A stretch of DNA of 64,000 bases from Eledone cirrhosa (lineage: Eukaryota). Within the stretch, counting starts at the first letter, position 1. Every line of letters starts with the position of its first letter. A program made the position numbers and the translations under genes. Below the pieces are notes generated by a model. That model was given only the letters and a program-made list of their open reading frames with translations, was not told the origin of the DNA and ran no database searches. Below, in pieces: positions 1-13,220 of this stretch. The stretch lies in contig OZ024742.1 of assembly GCA_964016885.1 (NCBI GenBank), positions 74,834,001 to 74,898,000 of the forward strand. The letters are read 5' to 3'.

Positions 1-714
1 GAATCCGAAATAATGGTGGGATACAAATGTTCTTCTCTTAAACTAAAACGTCTGAAATTTCCTTCTTCAAATACTAGCATATCAACCAGTGTACAAATAT
101 TCTCTGAAACTATTCTACAGAAGTTATAATCGATATCCATTCCCAATTCTTTATCTTACATCATCAAATAATATTTCTTTCATATTTTATAAACACTGAC
201 ACAACATTATACTTATCATATATCGTACCTCTAATAACCTGACCCATTCTTCTAATTCTTTCATCTACAGGCACTTTACATTTCCTACTTAATTTTACAC
301 GCAAGTATTTATTGAACTGATCATTACTTTACTAAATTCTCTACAAGCCCTCCCTTTCATCATTAGCAACATTAAGTCTCCATTATGAATAGATATTTAA
401 AACTCCTGTATAAAATTTCCCTACCTCCTGGTAGGGAAAATCTTGAAATTCTTGATACTTATGTTAGATAAACGTTTATTATAACTAAATAACTTACATA
501 CTATAGTTGATCAATTTGCATAAATAACATATTCTAGTTCGATTAAAAAGTTGCTGACACGTTAACAGTGTTTTGATGCTTCAATCTACTATGATATATT
601 TGCGTAGTACATTATTACATCAAGACAGAATAATACTAACAGATCAGTAATTGATTATTCGACTAATGGCAAATAAGGAAGGTATGTTTGAGGACTGCCC
701 CAACGACCCTCTCA

Positions 715-797
715 AGAAGAAGAAAAAAAAAGAAAAAGAAAAAGAAAAAGAAAAAGAAAAAGAAAAAGAAAAAGAAAAACAAGAAAAAGAAGAAGAA
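715..797 (+). repeat. (AAAGAA)n purine microsatellite
   Basis: Directly visible; explains the spurious KE/poly-K/poly-F ORFs at 651-905. Confidence 0.95.
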
Positions 798-893
798 ACC
801 TTTGTTTATGCATTTCGATTTATCAGATTTAAGGATGCATCTCATAATATTGGCTCTAAATACGATGTCTTCGTGGACAGGTATAGACGTGCG

Positions 894-940
894 CTGAGTT
901 GCTGATGAGTCTCAGTATATGACTGAAACTCGTCTAACAG
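894..940 (+). ncRNA. Degenerate minimal type I hammerhead ribozyme (PLE pLTR remnant)
   Basis: CTGAGTTG-CTGATGA-GTC(TCAGTATAT)GAC-T-GAAAC-TC-GTC-TAACAG; extra T before GAAA, imperfect stem I. Confidence 0.5.
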
Positions 941-2565
941 AAGACACATCTGTTTCTGTCTACAAAGATTGTATAAAATACAATTGTTTACGTAGCTAAC
1001 ATAGAAGCTTCACTTGATATATAGGTCATTTCATTCACGAAATATTTATATCAGCGTGAATATTAAATTGCATATCACTTCATTGACGGCAACTAAGCTG
1101 GTAAGTCGTAATACTTTTTTTATTCTTTCCAATAACTGTTACTTGATTTATTTAAAAAAAAACGAATTTAATTGTCAAATTTATGGGTCATACATAGGAG
1201 AGTGTACATTTCTGAAAGGAACCAGCCTAAAGAAGTTTGGGGAATTAAGAAGAAGGCAGTAATCATATATTGTGGTTCTCAGCCACGAAAAGAAGAGAAA
1301 AACAATAAGAGATATCATTGCCTTATACTACCTGATATATCACTCATCTGAATTCAAATTCAACCCTTTTTTCATTACTGAACACATATCAGCTCAAATA
1401 TTAAATTATTTGTAATTTTATTGTTGACAACAAAGTAAGATGTTATTTCTTTATTCTTTCCAAGAACTATAACTTTAATCTTCTTGTTCTTTTGTGGGTG
1501 AGGTGGGGGACTAAATCGTCTAGAGGTACTTATCTATGTAAGCCATTGGGAGAGGCTTAAGATTCACAACTTTCCCTTTACTGCTTTGTCTTGTAAATAA
1601 AAGAAAACACCAATGTAACATACATATTTAATAATTATATAACTAATGCAATTATACAATTATTTCATTTTGGGTCTTTTGATTTCGGTTTGGTGTAATT
1701 TCTTTGTGGGAAATAATTCCGTCAGTTTAAAAAAATTCTTTTGAATGCATTAAAATATATCTAATAAGATGTTGCTAAGGGTATTGTTTAAAGTTTAGTT
1801 TCAATCTACTTCGGAATTTCTTTATTCACATTACCTATATTCATTCATACATTCAGAGCTTACATCGATCACACATATTTGTGTGGATCAGACTAAATTG
1901 AATGCAATACCTACTGGTACTTATTCTATTGAGTCTGGAACATCCTGTCCGCGGGACCACGAGGCGGACGATATATTAAGGCATGTGTAGGTTGGCAGTC
2001 TTCAACCGAAAGGGTTAATATGGCTGACTCACGCATATCTACCAACATGATTTACTACTACGTGTGTCAGCTCAGTGATATTTCATGTATTTTACTGTTT
2101 TTTCGTAGCAAGATAGTAGTGCAAGAATGACTACATTTGTATAATAAAATATGCCAGTCGTTAATAAACCATTACAAAATATATCTAATTTTCATAAATA
2201 TAAACCTAATGTAATACCTAAATCTGGGGGTGAGGGGTGGGTGGGTTAGACATTTCAACAAAATAGCTAAAATAACTATACTAGATAAGTAAGTTTGTTT
2301 TCAAACAGCGAGCGAGTTTGAAAATAGAAATAGAAACTTTCGCCGTATTTTTGATTAAATAAATTTTAGCCTGATATTGCGATTTAAGAGAATCAAAAGC
2401 CGCGTGATACTTTGTGGTGGTGGTTGCGGTGGTAGTATTGCTAGTGCTCGCAAAGAAGTGTGCTAAGCGTGTTTCACAGGTAGTAGTCGTACACATTTTC
2501 GGTATCCACCATGTAGTTTCCAGTTGTTGTCTTCCTGTTTCTTCTACAACAACTACAACAGTAAG

Positions 2566-3266
2566 CGATGGGGCCCACCCACAGCCCCGGCGGACAGAAT
2601 GGAGAAGGCGTTTCCTCGGAAGACGGCAAGGGAGACGCGCTGGAAAAGCCACTCCAACTCGCGGGGCTCACACATGCGGCTGGCGAGCTCAGCGCCTATG
2701 GTGGTGAGTAGGGAGGTAGCCCTGGAGCCGAGGACACCAGAAGTCTCCACTGCCAAGGGTACAACCGCAAACCTGTCGGAGAGCGACAGGTATTTGAGGA
2801 GTTTGGCCCCCTCAGCCCGACGTGCAGCAGAACCTTGGTCAGTCACAGACTGCACCAGGTTACGGCTACAGAAAGTGTCAGTGCAAGTGGCATCCCAAAC
2901 GAGGGGTTTGCCACCGCGAAACGCGAAGATGGTCATGCCATTTGGCCTTTTGCCGTCCCCTCGATCCAGCCCCACCGGCTCGAACTGGGAAGGGAAGCCT
3001 GCAGCGTCCAAGCCATGCTTAATGACCTCGTTGAGCGCAGCATGGCGTGGAATGCGGCCGGCACTGTGGCGGCAGGAAATCGGGTGGAGGCCGAAAGAGT
3101 CCACGGTGGAACCGCAGCGACATTGGTGTGGTTGGCAGATCCGGAGGCCGAGCCTCAGGTAAACGCCGATGCGCAGGCTATGGTTGTCTAGCTGCGTGCC
3201 AGTGGAGAAGGAGGGCAGGGCATGGAGCCAGGCACCACTGTGGGGTTGGCGGCCGCACGAAAGCAA
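2566..3266 (-). mobile_element. 5'-truncated CRE-like non-LTR retrotransposon (CCHC zinc knuckle plus restriction-like endonuclease)
   Basis: ORF 2553-3266: CRCG..H..SC knuckle, RHAALN, KRPNG..WDAT, EGAKLLKY, PLAVETSG; near-identical to 8651-9345. Confidence 0.9.
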
Positions 3267-3759
3267 GTAAGGCGGTCATCAATACTCGTCTTTTTCCATC
3301 TCTTAGAGGGTTCTAAACCCCACTATCAGGCTAAAGCAATTATACTAGATATTATACCACCTAATTGAAAATTTTGTTTGTTATATTAATACGTACTTTT
3401 CATACGTACTATATTACTAAACATAGAACAGGCAAATTCTAAGAGTAAATATGAAATTAGCATCGAAATATTTGATACAATGAACACCTCACAAAAAATC
3501 TAAAAGTATTTTTCAAACTTCAGCCTAGTGTAATCTCTGATGAGTGTTATTCAATTAGTATTTGGTGTGTGTCATATTACAGATAATAAACGCAAGTAGA
3601 ACCTTAACTGGCTAATAATTGTTTGAACTAAATTGACATTTCGTAACTAATATTTATCATTTTTTAATTGAATTTTGTCACACATTGCCAAGTAGGTATA
3701 AGTTACCAGCATCACACGTGAAAGGTTGTAAACTCATCTACTCACTCTTCTCCATTCGT

Positions 3760-6700
3760 AGCGTAGTCAGCATTTAGCAAGGTCATAAGTCAGATCATTT
3801 TTCTCCTATCACATCATCGACTTGGTTTAAGTGTCACTTGAAGTAGAAAGTGAGGGTGGGGTGAGATTGACATAAATGAGGTGAGCGAAAATGCCAGACT
3901 ACCTCCCTCCCTATCTATCTATCTCACCACCCCATTGAAAGACATCGAAAATGTCGTCAGTTTTGAAAACACGATGTCGGACGTTGATTGTAACATCAAC
4001 ACTAACACAAACACCAATAACATGCAAAATATAAATAACACCAACCAGAACAACAATAATGACAAGAACAACAACAGCAACAATGATAACAACAACACAA
4101 CCACCAACAACAACAACGATAACAACAACACCACCACCAACAACGGCAACACGAACAACTCCACGAACAAGGAAAAGATTTCTTTTGCTCAAACCGTCCA
4201 AAAGACGGAACTGTTCACATACCTTGACATTTCCAATGCTAGGGAAATGTTAAGCGATGCAAAACAGTACGTAACTTTTGGTGAGAGTGGTGCTTTCAGC
4301 ATCACTTCTCCTCAACAGTTACGCAGAGAAACAGTTCTAAAAACAGTAATTTTTAGAACGGTTTCAAATGTGTCGAAAAAACCAGTTCAGTTATCCCAAA
4401 ACGATATTGAACTGGTTCTGAAGAATTCCATGAAAAATATTGCCTTCATCCAAAAAGGGAAACTTTTTGGAAGCATTTCGGTGTTGTTGAAAGACCAATT
4501 GACAGCACAAAAATATTCTGTATCGCCGATTGTGTCCCCCCTTTACACCTTTTTCCCCACATATATGGGAAAAAGAACTAAAAAAATAAAACCTTTGAAC
4601 ATTGCACCAAATGTAAACGTCTGGTGGATTCTAACTGGTTTCATCGATTTCGACGAAGACACCATCATTTCGGTGGGAAAGTCCTCCAGAGGCACATTCA
4701 ATGGTACAAGCATGGAAGTTCTGGTCCAAATGAAGCAAGAACGGATAGCTAAAATACCCCAACGTGTGCCTCTGGATGGAATTTCACACATACATTTCTG
4801 TTGAGGGTAGGCGGCCTTCATGTTACCACTGTTTAAGCAGTGGTCACCTGAAGGCTTACTGTCCTCAGTTAACTAAAAAAAAAGAGGCACTACTGCCAAC
4901 ACCCAAAACAACAACACAACCACCACCACCACCACAACAACAACAACACACAAACACAACCAAAACAAGAACAACAAACCAACTTGCAAGCACAGTCCCA
5001 CCCAACCCCACTCCACCTAAAACCACTGCAAAAACACCCACAAACACAACAGCTCCCCAAAACATACCCCTTCCAAATAACACAGACACCACAACGGACG
5101 AGGCCCCACATCATCACCAAGTGATGATGAGGGACAGCCTCTCCGTTCGAAAAGAAAGAAGAAAAGACACCACAAGAACAAAAAAAAACAACAAACATCA
5201 CTACAAAAATACAACCACCAACACAAACAACACAAACATTACAAACAAAAACCCCCCGTCCCGAAAACAAAACCACGACATCACTCCAAACACAAACACC
5301 TACAACAAAACGAAAGCTCCCACAAGAACAACAGACAAAAACCACCGCAACACAACAAGAACATTACACATACATAAACAGTAAAAACAAAACTTTAATG
5401 GAGGTCATCTCCAACGACCCTTCGGTGAAAATCGAAGGGAAAACTTTTTCTAACTGTGTAGACAAACCTAATTTAAAGACGATTAGGGTCCCTACGGACA
5501 CCTATAAGTCTTTAAAGGAAAACTTTCCTAAGGACGTGGGTAATCCTTGTGTTAAACCCATTAACCGCGTCCTTTTAAAAAGACAACATCTAACACCCCC
5601 ATGGAAACCGTGCGGCCTGATCCCCTGGAGACGAAGAGGTGAGTGTTTTCTTCTCCTCTTTTAACTTTTCAGAACCAACATGGCCAATATAAGAGTTGGG
5701 TGTGTGAATGTACGCGGCCTGGGGATGCCCTGGAAATAGGGCAAACTCTTAGACGGCCTCAGTATGGATGTAGTAGCCATTTGCGAGTCCAGGATCCACG
5801 GCGAGCGACAGCTGGCCCCCATCTTCGATGACTTTGAGATCTACGCATCTCTCTGTCAGCCGGAGGTTGGAGGTGGGGTTGCCAATTTGCTGCGGAAACA
5901 CCTGGGCCTCGTAACACAGACGGTACATCTGGACCCGGAGGGTCGACTGGTGGTCCTAGACGTTGACGGTAGTGAATGTAGAGCCTTCAGGCTGGTGGCC
6001 GCATATGCCCCATCCGGGACACCGCGGCCAGACTTCTTCAAACGTCTAGAGACTTTTCTGGGAACGTCCCACTCCTTGCTTTTAGTGGGGGACTGGAATG
6101 GAATCCTAGATGCACGTTGGGACAATGTGGGAGCATGTCGCGATAAAGGAGGGTGTAACATCCTCAAACAGTTAATCGGCCGATTTGACCTGGCCGATAG
6201 ATATCGACTAGATTTTCCGACTGTGCCACTGTGGACGTGGACTAATTTTAGCGAAATATCTAGAGCGCACCTAGATAGGGTTCAGGTTAGAAATAAGGAT
6301 AGGGACATGTTAAGCTGTCCACAAATGTTCATGGTTGCCTATTCAGATCACAAACTAGTGACCTGCATGGTCAACCTTCATAGAACCCATAGACAAGGAC
6401 CCGGCTACTGGAAGCTGAACTTGTCGTTACCGACATGCAAAGCCTACAGTATACGGATTAGCACTTTAGTTAAACAGCACTTGACAGGGGCCATTGTCAA
6501 CAACAGATGGTGGTACTCTCGCAAGAGGGCAGTTAGATTAGACTCGTTAGTTTTTAGTAAAGAATTAGCGTTAGATAGAAATAGAACCGAGAAAGAACTG
6601 GTAGATAAAGTAGAAGAGGCAATTAGAAGTGGCAACGTAGCCAGCGTGCTAGCAACGAGAACGGCATTGGACTAGTTCTTCGACGCAAAGCATGAGGGCT

Positions 6701-7303
6701 GCGTTGTCAGAAGCAAAATACGTGCTCTGGGAAACGTGGGGGCCAAAGCTGTTAGCTGGGCCCGAGTGACGGAGGCAAAAAGTGGCAACAAGTCCACGAT
6801 TCTGTCTTTGAAGGACCAAAACGGACGCGTGATACGTGAGCCGAAGCAGATGTGTGCGGCCTTTCAGCGGCACTTTGCTCAGCTGTTCGGGCAGGGCGGC
6901 GCGCCGGGAGGGTGCAATAGATTTCGGTCCATACCTCGACGGCCTACCGCGACTCTCGGACAGCGAGGTAAAGATCTGCGAAAAGCCGATTTCAGCCGCG
7001 GAGATAGGGGTCGCGTTGAGCCAATGAGGCAAACGCAAATCTCCAGGTCTCGACGGTCTACCCTACGAATTTTACGTAGCAATGCCGGACATATTCTCTG
7101 GTCTCCTGGAGGCGGTCTACTGCAACTGGCAACAGAACGGGAGAATTCCCAGTTCCGTGACCGGGGGCGTAGTCACACTAGTCAGGAAGGACGAGAATAA
7201 GGGGGATGACATAGGCAACTTCCGGCCCATAACTCTGCTAAACACAGAGTTACAGATTTTGGCCAAGGTCTTGGCAAAGAGGCTGGCGCTTGTCGTCGAA
7301 AAG
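3760..7303 (+). mobile_element. Tx1/L1-like LINE, 3'-truncated and frameshifted
   Basis: ORF1 about 3973-5600 with poly-Asn and CYHCLSSGHLKAYC knuckle; ORF2 from ATG 5680 (MANIRVGCVNVRGL; APE motifs GDWN, LDRV, SDH; GPGYWKLN; FRPITLLN), cut off at about 7303. The 5' boundary is approximate. Confidence 0.9.
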
Positions 7304-7429
7304 TAAAGTAATATACAAACTAATAGTTGTGTCTGCCTATTAATCCAACCAGTTTTGAAATAGAAAATAAAAGAGAGAGAATTGGAAAAGATAGTCGTCC
7401 TATTTACACAAAAAATATTTTAAATATCA

Positions 7430-8300
7430 CCTTGACCGACCAGTCTGTCGGGCGTCCATTCGGCGCCGCTGGTCACAGCACGCCGTCCATTCCTCTCTGG
7501 ATCGTGCTTTCCTCATCCATGTAGTCCAAATCATATTCCTAAAATCGTAACTCCATCTTCGTGGAGGCCTTCCGAGTGGCCGTTTCCGCTCGCGCGGGTA
7601 CCATTAGGCAACTGTGCGGGTCCACTGATTATCGGTGAACCGGGCGACGTGTCCATCCCATCTGAACTTGCTGCGCATATATTCCGTGATGACATCCCTG
7701 ACGCCGGACTTCTGTCTGATGACTTCGCTCCTGATGTGCTCTCTCAACGAGATTCCTAGCATTGATCTCTCCATGGCTCTTTGAGCCGTTACCAGCCTCT
7801 GCTCTTCTCTCTTCGTTGTAGCCCAAGTTTCACTGCCATATAACATTGCAGGTAAAACTGTGCTATTGAAGAGGTTGGCGCGGGTGGTCTTATCTAACCT
7901 CCCCTTGAGCACATCCCTTATGCCGTTGAACGCCCTCCATCCGGGCCTTACTCTCCGCTTGAGCTCCCTCTCAATGTCTCGGCGCATGTTCACTTCTTGT
8001 CCTAGGTAGATGTATTCCTCCACCTCCTTTATTTCATCACCACCAACCACCATTCGACCTGTTGGTACGTTGTCGGTAACCACATGAACTTCGTTTTCAT
8101 GTGGTTTATCTTGAGGCCTACTGCAGAGCTTTTGATGTCGAGCTCCGTCAGCATGGTCTGAAGCTGATCCGTGGTTTCAGCGATGAGTACGATGTCAGCG
8201 AAATGGAGGTGGGTAAGTATCTCGCTGTTGATGACCACAGCGCCTTGCCAGTCAATGCCTCTGATGATCTGCTCGAGACCCGCGGTGAAAAGTTTTGGAG
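7430..8300 (-). mobile_element. RTE-clade LINE 3' fragment
   Basis: SPKLF...LTHLHFAD(D)IVL, YIYLGQ, LFNSTVLPAMLYGSETW, KFRW.GHVAR, then an R..GRP..RW tail. Confidence 0.85.
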
Positions 8301-8389
8301 AATATATATATATATATACATACACATATTATAGGGGTGTATATGAAGACATATACGATATGTCTTCATATACACCCCTATAATACTTC

Positions 8390-8640
8390 TATCACAAACA
8401 AATTTTGAAAGCAATTCCACGGTTTCTTGGAAACTAATCTCACTCCACTTTTTGGGCTGAATAAAGGTACACTAACGTTCATGTTCGGCAGGAGCCACCT
8501 TGCGTATTAAAAGCCTTACTTTCTGCTCCTCCGACCATGAATTGCACTCGTTGTTAAAGGTATCTTCTATAATACTCAGGAAACGTAATATCCTCCTCCG
8601 GATATAAGTTGTAACGATGAAAGAATGGTATTTAAGTAAT
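8390..8640 (-). mobile_element. Gypsy-type gag fragment
   Basis: EDTFNNECNSWSEEQKVRLLIRKVAPAEHER...ETVELLSK resembles the N-terminus of invertebrate Gypsy gag. Confidence 0.6.
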
Positions 8641-8650
8641 GTATTGGTAC

Positions 8651-11620
8651 GCGATGGGGCCCACCCACAGCCCTGGCGGACAGAATGGAGAAGGCCTTTC
8701 CCCGGAGGACGGCAAGAGAGACACGCTGGAAAAGCCACTCCAACTCGCGGGGCTCACACCTGCGGCTGGCCAGCACAGCGCCTATGGTGGTGAGTAGGGA
8801 GGTAGCCCTAGTGCCGAGGCCACCAGAAGTTTCCACTGCCAGGGGAACGACCGCAAACCTGTCGGAGAGCGACAGGTATTTGAGGAGTTTGGTCCCCTCA
8901 GCCCGACGTGCAGCAGAACCTGGGTCAATCGCAGACTGCACCAGGTTGCGGCTGCAGAAAGTATCGGTGCAAGTGGCATCCCAGACGAGGGGTTTGCCAC
9001 CGCGGAACGGGAAGATGGTCATGCCATCTGTCCTTTTGCCGTCCTCTCGATCCAGCCCCACCGGCTCGAGCTGGGAAGGGAAGCCTGCAGCGTCCAAGCC
9101 ATGCTTAATGACCTCGTTGGGGGCAGTATGGCGTGGAATGCGGCCGGCACTGTGGCGACAGGAAAGCGGGTGGAGGCCGAAAGAGTCCACGGTGGAACCG
9201 CAGCGACATTGGTGTGGCTGGTAGATCCGAGGGCCGAGCCTCAGGGAAACGCCGATTCGCAGGCTATGGTTGTCTAGCTGCGTGCCAGTGGAGAAGGAGG
9301 GCAGAGCATGGAGCCAGCCACCACTGTGGGGTTTGGAGGCCGCACGAAAACAAGCACGGCGGTGCTGGTCGAGCTGGCGCGTGAGCCTGTCTGAGGCCAG
9401 GCTGCACTGGATGGCATCCCAAGTGCGTTGGGGGGACTTGACGTCAACAGGGGAAGAAGGAGGAGGGACGTCTACTGGGCTAAGTCCCAGCCGGTCCCAC
9501 GTCTCACAGGCGGCCTCACGTTCTCTGAACACAGAGGGTTCTGTTGTGTTTTGAAGAACCCTGCTGACGAGGACACCGACGAAAGATACGCCGGCAAAGC
9601 TAGTGAGATGGGGGATCGGAGGCCTAGGCCGCCATACCTGACCGGTAAAGTGGCCTGTTGCCACCCTATGTCGTCAAACTTGAGGTTGCATATTCTCTCG
9701 GCTTCTGGTCGGATACAAGTATCGAGGTCAGCGAGGAGAGATGTCTGGGTGTAGCATGGAGCGCTGCGGAGTGTATAGAGGAGCTTCGGCATGGCGAAGC
9801 AGTTCCCCAGCAGAAAGAGAGCTGGGTGGCCGCAATCAAGCCCAGTCGGCTCGTCAGAGTCTGGAGCTGTTGAACCCTGGACCTGATGGTGGAGCGGATG
9901 GCCAGTGCGTGGATCGGTGACCCGAGGATGAGGACATCCTCTTTGGGGCTCACCTCGACTTGGCCGAGTTGACCTGGAGGCCGATTCCCGCTAGGGCAGG
10001 AATCACCGATTGAAGGTCTTGGCAGACCGTCCGTACGGGCCCGCCCAACGTAGCATCATCCAGATACCAAACGTTGAGAGGGGCCATGATACTCCGGGCG
10101 ATGTGGTCAATACCAAGGGCGAACAGGAGGGGTCCCAAAGGGTCGCGCTGTTGGACCCCAGTAGCCGAGGGTATGACCGTATCAGCAGCTAGGAGCATGC
10201 TCGGGGCTCCATATGACAGGTAGGCCAGCGGGTAGGCAGAGGGGGCTCGGCTGAGGCAGGCCTCGAGCAGATGATCCCGGCGTAAAGAGTTAAAGGCATT
10301 CCTCATGTCAAGCTTGACAATGAGGTGCCTGGAGTCCCTGGATGCCGGTACCGATGGGCAGCTCCTGAAGAACTGCCTGATTGCATGAGAGGCTCCCTCA
10401 CAGCCACCGGACACGCCGACACCCAGTTGCACCGGACTAAACTCCTCACACAGTTCGTGTGTGACGGACTTGCAGATCACCTTGGCAGCCAGCCTCCGGA
10501 AGACATTGCCCACAGCAATGGGGCGTATGCCACCCCCTTTCTTCCTGAGAGCGGTGAGGCTGGCCGAAAAAAGAGGCCTCGGGTGTAAGGGTCGAGGGCA
10601 CCATGAATGAGCCTATGGGTGAGCGCCACAATAGCACTCAGAAGGCGGCGCCCGGCCTCAGCGGAGAGCGGGGGATGTCAACTCCTTGAGGTGGCCTGGT
10701 CGGAGACCATCAACACCTCCGCAGCTGCTAGCTGGGAAGGACCTGATTGCGGACATGATATCTGTATCAGTAGCCACAAGGAGCAGGTGGGGGTCGGGTG
10801 GGGGTCGGGTGGGGGTGGGGTATGGGTCTGAGATCAGTGGGTGGCTCAGGGTGTTTGAGCCGCAGAGCAGCCAGGATCTCCTCGGTTGGTTGGAGGACAG
10901 TGTCCTCTGAGGCAACAACTCTGACTGCGGCCGAGACATCACCCATGATAAGCTTTGCGTTTACCTGGTCACGTAAACGCTTGGCGCTGGCCTCGGTGGT
11001 TGAGGATAGGGGGTACCTGAGGGTGGGGTGTGTGGCGTCCCTGGGCATGCTTGGAATCGGCGCTCGCCCAAATGACGAGACATTGGCCTTGACGAAGGCT
11101 GCTGTTGACCGGCCGCCCCGGTCAGCGCCAGAGCTGGGGAGGTTGAGGGGGAGTGGGGCGAAATAGAACAGCCGCTCCCAGTCACTGGCTCGATTGGAGT
11201 CCAGGGAGCTCTCAATCGAGGAAGCGAGGGCATCGGCTACCGGCACCCGTGCCGCTCTCGGGATCCTGAGTAGGATCTTCCGGAGCCGCCTGAGCCGAGC
11301 GATGTTGACCAGCGAGGCTCGGGCGTCAGGCAAGCTCGCTGTCCCATCTGGTGGTGTGCCAGATGGCCGTGGCTGGGAAGACGTGGGGAAGAGGCATCTC
11401 CTGCACCTCCACGCTGCGAGGGCATTGGAAGCTCGACGAGTCAGGCCAACGCAGGTGAGGTGGTGGGAGCAGCCGCACCCCAAACAGTTTCGGCCCCTCT
11501 TCCGTTTGTTAGTGGTGCCGCAAGTGCTGCAGGTGTCGATTTGGAGGGGTGGGGGATGGGGCGTGGGGCCGGGGACTAGGGAACCGAGTGGCATCAGGGG
11601 TGGGTGGCTGGTGTGTGAAA
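8651..11620 (-). mobile_element. Near full-length, frameshifted CRE-like RLE LINE with N-terminal PHD finger
   Basis: C4HC3 finger (CSTC...CLGC.CSHHLTC...WRCRRC), GGVDGLRPGHL, RPIAVG, KLDMRNAFNS, GVQQRDPLGPLLF, WYLDD, C-terminal knuckle plus RLE. Confidence 0.9.
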
Positions 11621-11769
11621 TTCACTATTCTCCTTTTACTTTGCTCCACTTTTCAAATTAAATGACACGACGGTTCAGTTATATTCAAATATTGTAAGCG
11701 CGTCCATTGAGAATATCGTCTATGACAAACTGCTCAGTTGCTCGCATGTGTGCGTGCTGAACTCTGGAT

Positions 11770-12307
11770 CTTTATACGTAAATTCAGAAATTGCATTAGC
11801 CACGCCGTCTGGCGTGAACGCACGTACTGGATTTTCGGACTTCGTCGACTGTAACTCAATTAATTGTTGTTGTTGTTGTTGTAGTATTTGTTTTGGCAAT
11901 TCCCGTAGTTTTTCCTGTTGCTTCTCTTGAAGATGTACTATTGAAGCTATTAGGTTTTCCCTGACGAAGAAATTGTCAAATAACCAATGTGAGTTTCGAA
12001 CAGTCTTCGTCGCCAGACGTTATGTCCTTATGGATAAACGAATACACTGCAACAGTGTAATAACAATATAATAAAAACAAACGGCAATAACCACACGTAA
12101 CTGAACAACAATCTTTTAAGAACCAACAATCCCACACGCTAACTCGAACTGTGAACTTGAACTCCAATTTTGACTATCAACACACGAACTATGGGACTAG
12201 TACCGACTTCGACTATCAACACTTACTCAGGCCGCTACTATTTATATGTAGTGGTCCAGCTCATTCTTGCCAAGGATGGGGGGTGGGGCTCATACTCTCG
12301 CACAACA
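11770..12307 (-). mobile_element. Gypsy-like LTR (about 12018-12307), primer binding site (12005-12015) and start of gag
   Basis: Minus strand reads TGTTGTG...ATAACG, then TC-TGGCGACGAAG (typical PBS), then Q-rich gag-like LQQQQQQLIEL...AFTPDGVANAISEFTY. Confidence 0.65.
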
Positions 12308-12493
12308 CATATATACGTTGAAAAATAAACCTCATTTGGTCATACCATGAGAGTATTTTGGTTAGCCCATGAACTTTCCAGCTGGCCGCGTATACTGACA
12401 GAAAACCATTGGAGAAGGTTGTTGCTGTTAGTATGTGTTAATTAAAACTAGTTCATTTATGGTATGGCTGTCGTTATATTTCTCTTCAAGACG

Positions 12494-12645
12494 GCGAATT
12501 AGAGGAGTCGTTAGAACGTCGGATAGAATATTTGCGGTATTCGTTTCGGCTCTCTGGTCACTGAATTCAAATCCTGGTGACGTCACTTTGCCTTGCATCC
12601 ATTCGAGGTCGATAGCAAAGTACTAGTCAAGTACTGGAGTCGATT
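12494..12645 (+). mobile_element. tRNA-derived SINE
   Basis: A-box-like head, B-box GAATTCAAATCC, family core CTTTGCCTT.CATCC.TTCGAGGTCGATA..AAAGTAC. Confidence 0.75.
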
Positions 12646-13074
12646 CTTCTTCTATAACTCTCTCTCACTTCTAATCTCTCACTCTCAATCCTTTCTTGGG
12701 AGAAATCTGCTGTATTTAGACCTGGAGAGGAGATGGTTTAAAAATAACATAGAAATGCTGTATGCGAGTACGGCACCCTTACGACACCCCTAGGAGTTAC
12801 AGGACCATGCATGCATATTTCTCTTCCTATGTAATTTGAAATGTAAACTGTATCCACCTTAAGATAAGGCCTAACCATGACGAGTATAGTCAAATGTTTT
12901 CTTATCAATATTTAGATTTTAAAAATTCTTACGTTAATATTTATTTTTGCTTATTTTTAAATTACGAATAAAATCCATTTCATCTTTTTTTTAAAATGTA
13001 TTTGTAGTTTCTATTTATTTTTATTTTTTGTTTTGTTTTAGAAATCAGAAACTTGAGGTTTATGAATTGTCAAA

Positions 13075-13220
13075 ATGGCTAGTTACTTCCAAACACTAGA
13101 AGATACTAAAAACACGTTTGAAACGATTCCTGAAAGATTCCGTATTTTGTCTGAAAAATATCCGGACAAACCAGCAATCGTTTTCTATGATGCAGAATAC
13201 AAAAGACACCACATCACCAT
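13075..13220 (+). CDS. ANL-family acyl-CoA-synthetase-like protein, coding exon 1
   Basis: MASYFQTLEDTKNTFETIPERFRILSEKYPDKPAIVFYDAEYKRHHIT; donor GTAAGT at 13221; phase 2 joins in frame with 24526. Upstream acceptor TTTTGTTTTAG at 13041 implies a further 5'UTR exon. Confidence 0.85.

Noticed and set aside
1020-1106. Candidate upstream 5'UTR exon ending at CTG|GTAAGT (1100)
   Set aside because: A donor motif alone is insufficient without transcript evidence.
3532-3600. Hammerhead-like CTGATGA-GTGTTATT...AATAAAC-GCAA
   Set aside because: GAAA mutated and stem III missing; at best a dead remnant.
2524-11661. Long antisense ORFs over the CRE-like and Tx1 elements
   Set aside because: Shadow ORFs of GC-rich or low-complexity coding sequence with no domain signatures.
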